Shown one piece after another: positions 56,615-64,000 of a stretch of 64,000 bases of DNA (positions within the stretch are counted from its first letter, which is position 1; each line of letters starts with the position of its first letter). Origin of the DNA: Eledone cirrhosa (taxonomy: Eukaryota); assembly GCA_964016885.1 (NCBI GenBank), contig OZ024742.1:64108001-64172000 (forward strand). The letters run 5' to 3'. The notes below the pieces were generated by a model. The model had not been told where the DNA came from and did not search any database. It saw only the letters and a program-made list of their open reading frames with translations. A program made the position numbers and the translations under genes.

Positions 56615-58150
56615 ATATCTGTTGCTATAGAGAAGGACATCATAGTTATATGATATGTCATATCTGTTACTATAGAGAAGGACATCATAGTTATATGATA
56701 TGTCATATCTGTTACTATAGAGAAGGACATCATAGTTATATGATGTGTCATATCTGTTACTATATAGAAGGACATCATAGTTATATAATGTGTCATATCT
56801 GTTACTATAGAGAAGGACATCATAGTTATATATGTCATATCTGTTACTATAGAGAAGGACATCATAGTTATATGATATGTCATATCTGTTACTATAGAGA
56901 AGGACATCATAGTTATATGATATGTCATATCTGTTACTATATAGAAAGACATCATAGTTATATGATATGTCATATCTGTTATTGAATGGAAGGACATCAT
57001 AGTTATATGATGTGTCATATCTGTTACTATATAGAAGGACATCATAGTTATATATGTCATATCTGTTACTATAGAGAAGGACATCATAGTTATATATGTC
57101 ATATCTGTTGCTATATAGAAGGACATCATAGTTATATGATGTGTCATATCTGTTACTATATAGAAGGACATCATAGTTATATGATATGTCATATCTGTTA
57201 CTATATAGAAGGACATCATAGTTATATGATGTGTCATATCTGTTACTATATAGAAGGACATCATAGTTATATGATGTGTCATATCTGTTGCTATATAGAA
57301 GGACATCATAGTTATATGATATGTCATATCTGTTACTATATAGAAGGACATCATAGTTATATGATGTGTCATATCTGTTACTATATAGAAGGACATCATA
57401 GTTATATGATATGTCATATCTGTTACTATATAGAAGGACATCATAGTTATATATGTCATATCTGTTGCTATATAGAAGGACATCATAGTTATATGATGTG
57501 TCATATCTGTTGCTATATAGAAGGACATCATAGTTATATGATATGTCATATCTGTTACTATATAGAAGGACATCATAGTTATATATGTCATATCTGTTGC
57601 TATATAGAAGGACATCATAGTTATATGATGTGTCATATCTGTTACTATATAGAAGGACATCATAGTTATATGATGTGTCATATCTGTTGCTATATAGAAG
57701 GACATCATAGTTATATGATATGTCATATCTGTTACTATATAGAAGGACATCATAGTTATATGATATGTCATATCTGTTACTATATAGAAGGACATCATAG
57801 TTATATGATGTGTCATATCTGTTACTATATAGAAGGACATCATAGTTATATGATATGTCATATCTGTTACTATATAGAAGGACATCATAGTTATATATGT
57901 CATATCTGTTACTATATAGAAGGACATCATAGTTATATGATATGTCATATCTGTTATTGAATGGAAGGACATCATAGTTATATGATGTGTCATATCTGTT
58001 ACTATATAGAAGGACATCATAGTTATATGATATGTCATATCTGTTATTGAATGGAAGGACATCATAGTTATATAATATGTCATATCTGTTATTGAATGGA
58101 AGGACATCATAGTTATATGATATGTCATATCTGTTATTGAATGGAAGAAC
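56615..58150. repeat. 45-bp minisatellite with 42-bp variants, about 34 copies
   Basis: Unit tatgatatgtcatatctgttactatatagaaggacatcatagtta. Confidence 0.95.
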
Positions 58151-58654
58151 ATTGTACTTTGATTCTTGCAAGCAGCTCTGTCCAACTTTTCCAATCTCCA
58201 AGGGTAATTTACCTGACTTATTCTACTATTTCGTAGTTAACATATGAATCGTGGCAGCTTTTCACATCAAAAGCAAATACATTTTCTCTCTTTCTATATG
58301 TATGTTTGCCTGTCTCTTTGTCTCTCTGTCTATCTATTTGTATCTATGTGTATCTATCACTCTGTCTGTTTCTCTCTTTTTATATGTCTGATTTTTTTTT
58401 CTCTATATATATGTGTCTCTCTCTTTGTATTTCTGCCTGTCTCTGTCTATATGTGTCTGTCTGCCTGTTTATATGTTTGTCGATCTCTGTCTGTCTGTCT
58501 TTCTGTCTCTCTCTGTTTCTGTATTTCTGTTTATCTGTTTGTTTTTGCCTATATGTCTGTTTGTATTTCTTTTTGTCTATCTTTGTATTTCTGTATTTGT
58601 CTATCCTTCTCATTGTTTCTGTATGTCTATCTATCTCTGTATCTCTGTTTATAT

Positions 58655-60731
58655 CAGGGGCCAACAAACCTTTTTGGAAGGAGGCCAGATTGGAAATGTT
58701 TTATGTCTTGTGGGCCAAAGTGAATAAAAAAATATAACAATCATGCTACCAGGTTATTAAAACAGCATGTTTTTTAATTGCAATATTAATGTTTTTCATT
58801 GTAAAGTGTTTACGGAGGAATTGACAGACCTCATTCACTTACCAAGTGGAGTGGAACTCATCAACTCAAACCAAGGAAACAACATTTCTATTAGTCTTGC
58901 CATTGCTTATACCATCTACTGGCCAGAACACCTGGCAGAAAGAGAAATGTGAAATAAAGTGTCTTGCTCAAGACATGACGCATTGCCTGTCCTGGAAATT
59001 GAACTAGCAACTTCATTGCAAATACAATTCTCTAAACCACTAAGCCACATGCCTTCACAAGGTATTTAACATACAATAAATATATATGCTTTTCAATTAT
59101 GATATAAAGAATAATCAAAAGATCAGGTGTTTCTTAATACATAACATCATCTAATTACGTCAATAAAAAATTTCTTTTTGCTAAGTCACAGCAGGCTCAG
59201 AAATTTAACATGTAACTATCATCATCATCATCATCATCATCATCGTTTAACGTCCATATTCCACGCTTGAATGGGTTTGGACGGGAGTTTTCCCACTTGA
59301 GGCAAGAGTGGTTGTCTTGCTCGCATAGGACTGTCTGGCAGGTTTTCTACAGCTGGATGCCCTTCCTAACACCAACCACATTTACAGTGTGGGACTGGGA
59401 GGTTTTTACCGTGTTACCTACACGGCCACATTACAGCGTGGACTGTGTGTTTTTTTTTTTGTCGTGACACCTACACGACCTCATTTGTTTCGGCCTGGAT
59501 GTTGTGGTACCAACATAACTTTACATTGAAAGGGGCGGTGTGGATGGGGTGAGGGTGGTGGGATGCGGGTGTATTTTGTTAGAGGTGCCTACTGACTGTA
59601 GTAGGTTTTACTTTGTAATTAGGTAAGGCGGGTCTTCTCTATTACTGAGTACCGCCAAAGATCTCGGTCCAGTGACATTGTCTTGGAGAGGTGTAAGTGT
59701 GTGAGGTCGGAATTTATCATGTCGTCCCAGGTTTTTCTGGGTCTGCCTACTCCGTGGCTACCGTCCATCTTTATTGCCCTGCACTTTTTTATACAGCTGT
59801 CGTCTTTCATGCGCATCATGTGACCATACCAACGTAGCCTTCTCTCGAGTAAACAACATCTGATCCCTCTTATTTCTAATTTTTCCCTTAGTTCGTTAAT
59901 GCTTTGCCGTTCACGTATATTACTATTACACATCCAGCGGAGCATGCAAGCTTCGTTCCTCTCTAGTCTGCGTATATCCTCTGCGCACAATGCCCAGGTC
60001 TCACTGCCATGCAACATTGCTGTTCGTATGAATGGCCATTTCGCGGAAGGGACCGGCACCTTATTTTCTTTCCTACAAACTAGAACTTTAGTCTTAGCCA
60101 GGTTAATTTTAAGGCCTTTTGATTCTAGGCCGTGCTTCCATGTTTGGAATTTCTTCTCTAGCTCGGCCATTGATTCAGCTATGAGCATTAGATCATCTGC
60201 ATATAGGAGTTCCCATGAGCAGCCGGTCTTGAACTCCACTGTTATATGAATAAATTAGATCAGTAAAAATAATACAATACTAGAGTTATAACATCAACAG
60301 CATGATGGAGACAATAAATAATAACCACTATTAATGTTATTTAAAGTTATTCAAGAATTTAGAAAAACCCTGAGGTCACTGTAAAAGTGACCCCTTTTTT
60401 TAATACTGAATTGTATTGTTTGCTAACCAAATGTCATTAAAACTGGCTGTATCCAGCTAGAATTCTCTCACTTCCTTCTGTTCAAACCAGCTGCCCATAC
60501 TGATGTTAAGATATTGTTCTCAAAATAAATAAATTCAAACCAGCTGCCCATACTGATGTTAAGATATTGTTCTCAAAATCTCATAAATTCAATATTATGT
60601 GAGATAATTATGTGAGGTAAAGATTTTACTGTGAAAATATAATAGTAAATATAGAGTAATGGAAATGCTAAAGGGTTAAATCAAGGGTGTGAGCTGGATT
60701 TGACCTACGGGCTGTGGTTTGCCAACCCCTG
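58655..60731. mobile_element. hAT/Charlie-type element with nested insertions
   Basis: Ends CAGGGGCCAACAAAC / GTTTGCCAACCCCTG; near-identical 8-bp TSD gtttatat / gtctatat. Encloses a SINE, an RTE fragment and a piggyBac MITE. Confidence 0.65.
59218..60245 (-). mobile_element. RTE 3' fragment with in-frame internal deletion
   Basis: WELLYADDL...KWP|FIRTAMLHGSETW; closely similar to 19265-20605. Confidence 0.92.
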
Positions 60732-61811
60732 GTCTATATGTCTGCTTGTCTTTTTCTTTGTATTTCTGTTTATGTGTATATCTATTTGTCTGTCTGTATG
60801 CCTACCTATCCATATGTCCACCTATCTGTATGTCTGTCTGTCTCCCTATAGTTCTGTATGTCTATATGTCTACCTGTCCATATGCCAGTCAATCTATCTC
60901 AGTATTTCTACCTGTCTCTGTTAAGTAGTTGGTATTAGGAAGTGTATCCAGCCATAGAAATCATGTCAAACAAAGGGCTGGGAAGACTTCTCAATTCTTT
61001 AAAGAACATGACAACCTTTCTAGTGCTAATGCCACAATAAGATACATCCAGTGTACCCTGTAAAGTGGTCGGTGTTAGAAAGGACTGCTAGTAGAACTCT
61101 TCAGTTGTATCAATGACATGACAGCCTCTCTTGTGCTTGTGCATTATAAAATACACCAAGTACAGTCTGTAATGTGGTTGATAATAGGAAAGGCATCCAG
61201 CAATAGAAACCATGCCAAACAAAGGGTTGAGAGGACTTGTCAATTGTGCAGAGGACATGACAACCTTACTTGTGCTGGTGTCATGCCAAAATGCACCCAG
61301 TACACTCTATAAAGTGGTTGGCATTAAGAAGGGCATCCAACTAAAGAAATCAATGCTAAAAGTGGAATATATGTAAGTGAAATGTGGCCTCCCCGGCATA
61401 TAGGAGGACAGTAACTCCAAATATGTACTGAATTAGTTTGTAACAACCTGTCTAACACATGGAAACATGAAAAAAAAAAAAGCAATGTAAAATGGTGATA
61501 AAGATGATGATGGTGATATTGATGGTGATGGTGATGGTGATGGTCATTACTTGATTATGTCTACATCCCCCCCCCCCTCTCTCCATTTTCTCCATGTGTG
61601 AACCTAATATAACTGTGTAGTTCTGCATCCTTGTTTGTTTTGTTTTTTCATTTATCAACTATATATATGTATGTATGTATATATATATATATAGAGAGAG
61701 AGAATTAGTACATCTACCAACATATGTGTACAGATGTACACCCATGCTAGCAAATATATATGTTATGTCTTAGTACCTTTGTGGTTCTATGCAGGGGGAT
61801 GCAGAACAATT

Positions 61812-62377
<566 letters not shown>

Positions 62378-62491
62378 TAAGAGGAATTCCAACTTTGTCT
62401 GATTTACTCGTTTTATTTACAATCCTTTAAAATATATATAATGGTATTATAATGAAATAGTATGATAGAATATTAAATTCTAAGTGTTAAT

Positions 62492-62530
62492 TGAACAAGT
62501 ACTTTCATGCTTTCGCAATCTTCAGGTTCA
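62492..62530 (-). ncRNA. Minimal type-I hammerhead ribozyme
   Basis: Reverse complement of 62617-62655. Confidence 0.8.
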
Positions 62531-62616
62531 TGATATGTGGTGACAGTCGAGTTTGCAATTTTCAACTGTGAAAATTGAAAATTGAAAATTGCAAACTCGA
62601 CTGTCACCACATATCA

Positions 62617-62655
62617 TGAACCTGAAGATTGCGAAAGCATGAAAGTACTTGTTCA
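62617..62655 (+). ncRNA. Minimal type-I hammerhead ribozyme
   Basis: ugaac CUGAAGA u-ugc-gaaa-gca-u GAAA guac UU guuca; stem III region is the palindrome AGUACU. Confidence 0.82.
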
Positions 62656-62825
62656 ATTAACACTTAGAATTTAATATTCTATCATACTATTTCATTATAA
62701 TACCATTATATATATTTTAAAGGATTGTAAATAAAACGAGTAAATCAGACAAAGTTGGAATTCCTCTTATTAATATAATCTTCTATACACAATCATACAC
62801 ACCCGTGTATATTTACCTATCTATA

Positions 62826-62872
<47 letters not shown>

Positions 62873-62910
62873 CCAGTTGGTGAGTAATATATACATATAT
62901 ATGATGATGA

Positions 62911-63072
<162 letters not shown>

Positions 63073-63073
63073 G

Positions 63074-63154
<81 letters not shown>

Positions 63155-63289
63155 CCAGTTGGTGAGTAATAATATATTATTATAGGTGGCACTCGTTAGA
63201 GCACTTTTTATGTGAATTAGATATCCAATATTAAAAGTGTGTGTTAACCTCAAAATCTGTGTTATTGATGTAATACACAAAGTGTTTAT

Positions 63290-63552
63290 ATTAAGAAAGA
63301 GATTGAAGTTTCAGTTTAACATATTTTATTCATAACACATAACACATGTTTCACAAATGACCAGCTTGGCATCTTAATCAATGAACATATTCCAATTCTG
63401 ATTTCCACCTCATTTGAGGATCAAATTGATCCCAGAGTCAAAGCTGATTGTAATTGATTAAAGCACCAAGCTGATCATTTGCAAAACATGTGTTATGTCT
63501 GATTACAAATAAAATATGTTAAGCAGAAACATCAACCTCTCATTCTTTATAT
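63290..63552. repeat. Old imperfect tail-out palindrome
   Basis: acataacacatgtttcacaaatgaccagcttgg / ccaagctgatcatttgcaaaacatgtgttatgt arms with outward AATAAA. Confidence 0.7.
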
Positions 63553-64000
63553 ATATATATGCAGCGGGTAATCACTACTTTAATTACTGGCTAGCTACTA
63601 CGAGCTAGCATGAATGTATGTATCAATACGACGTTACAATATCACAGTGAGATGGAAGAATAGAATGAGCATAGAATGTAAACAGTATGAACTTACTATG
63701 TGTGTATGTGTGTGTGTCTATTCTTAGAATATGTTATTCGTCTCAAGGACTGCTGCTTCATGTCTGGCTGTCTGGTTGTCGTCTGTGGTCGATAAGGTGA
63801 GAACCAGTAAGAGCCAGGAGAAAGAAAGGGTAAAAGGTCTGCTGGTGCCTACATGATTATCTCTCACTGACTGCTGCTTCGGGTCTGTAGCCCTGAATTC
63901 CTTAAGTCGTTGTATTTATAATAATGCTATAGTTAGAAGGATGTGTATATGAGGTTGATTTATGATCAGCCATGTGGATATCGTCTCCCAGGAAGCTGGG

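Noticed and set aside
58130-58213. Resemblance of GKLPLEIGKVGQS to a POLG2 or GlyRS motif
   Set aside because: Too short and weak, with no other supporting exons.
58833-58921. Minus-strand exon-like segment with strong splice signals (MARLIEMLFPWFELMSSTPL) that would join the minisatellite ORF in phase
   Set aside because: It lies inside the hAT element, the acceptor overlaps a SINE edge, and the start resembles a Charlie transposase end (CQVSGQ* with one indel).

Overview
AT-rich, repeat-saturated animal DNA. It is most likely an octopus/coleoid cephalopod, inferred from the tRNA-derived SINE families and dense microsatellites. The only host coding sequence I can support is the first coding exon of an N-terminal methyltransferase NTMT1/METTL11A gene (8841-8993, minus strand); I found no downstream exons in the window. 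The rest is decayed mobile DNA: CR1-like, RTE, R4/Dong, L1/Tx1 and CRE LINEs, a small LTR element nested in an RTE, a Helitron remnant, SINEs, MITEs and minisatellites. The most notable signal is a set of minimal type-I hammerhead ribozyme (HHR) motifs from at least six unrelated sequence families. Most sit in Penelope-like 3' ends next to (TA)n tracts. Several form tail-out fold-back palindromes, including a perfect one with 195-bp arms and an HHR on each strand. All calls come from reading the sequence by eye; boundaries are approximate unless a terminus is quoted.
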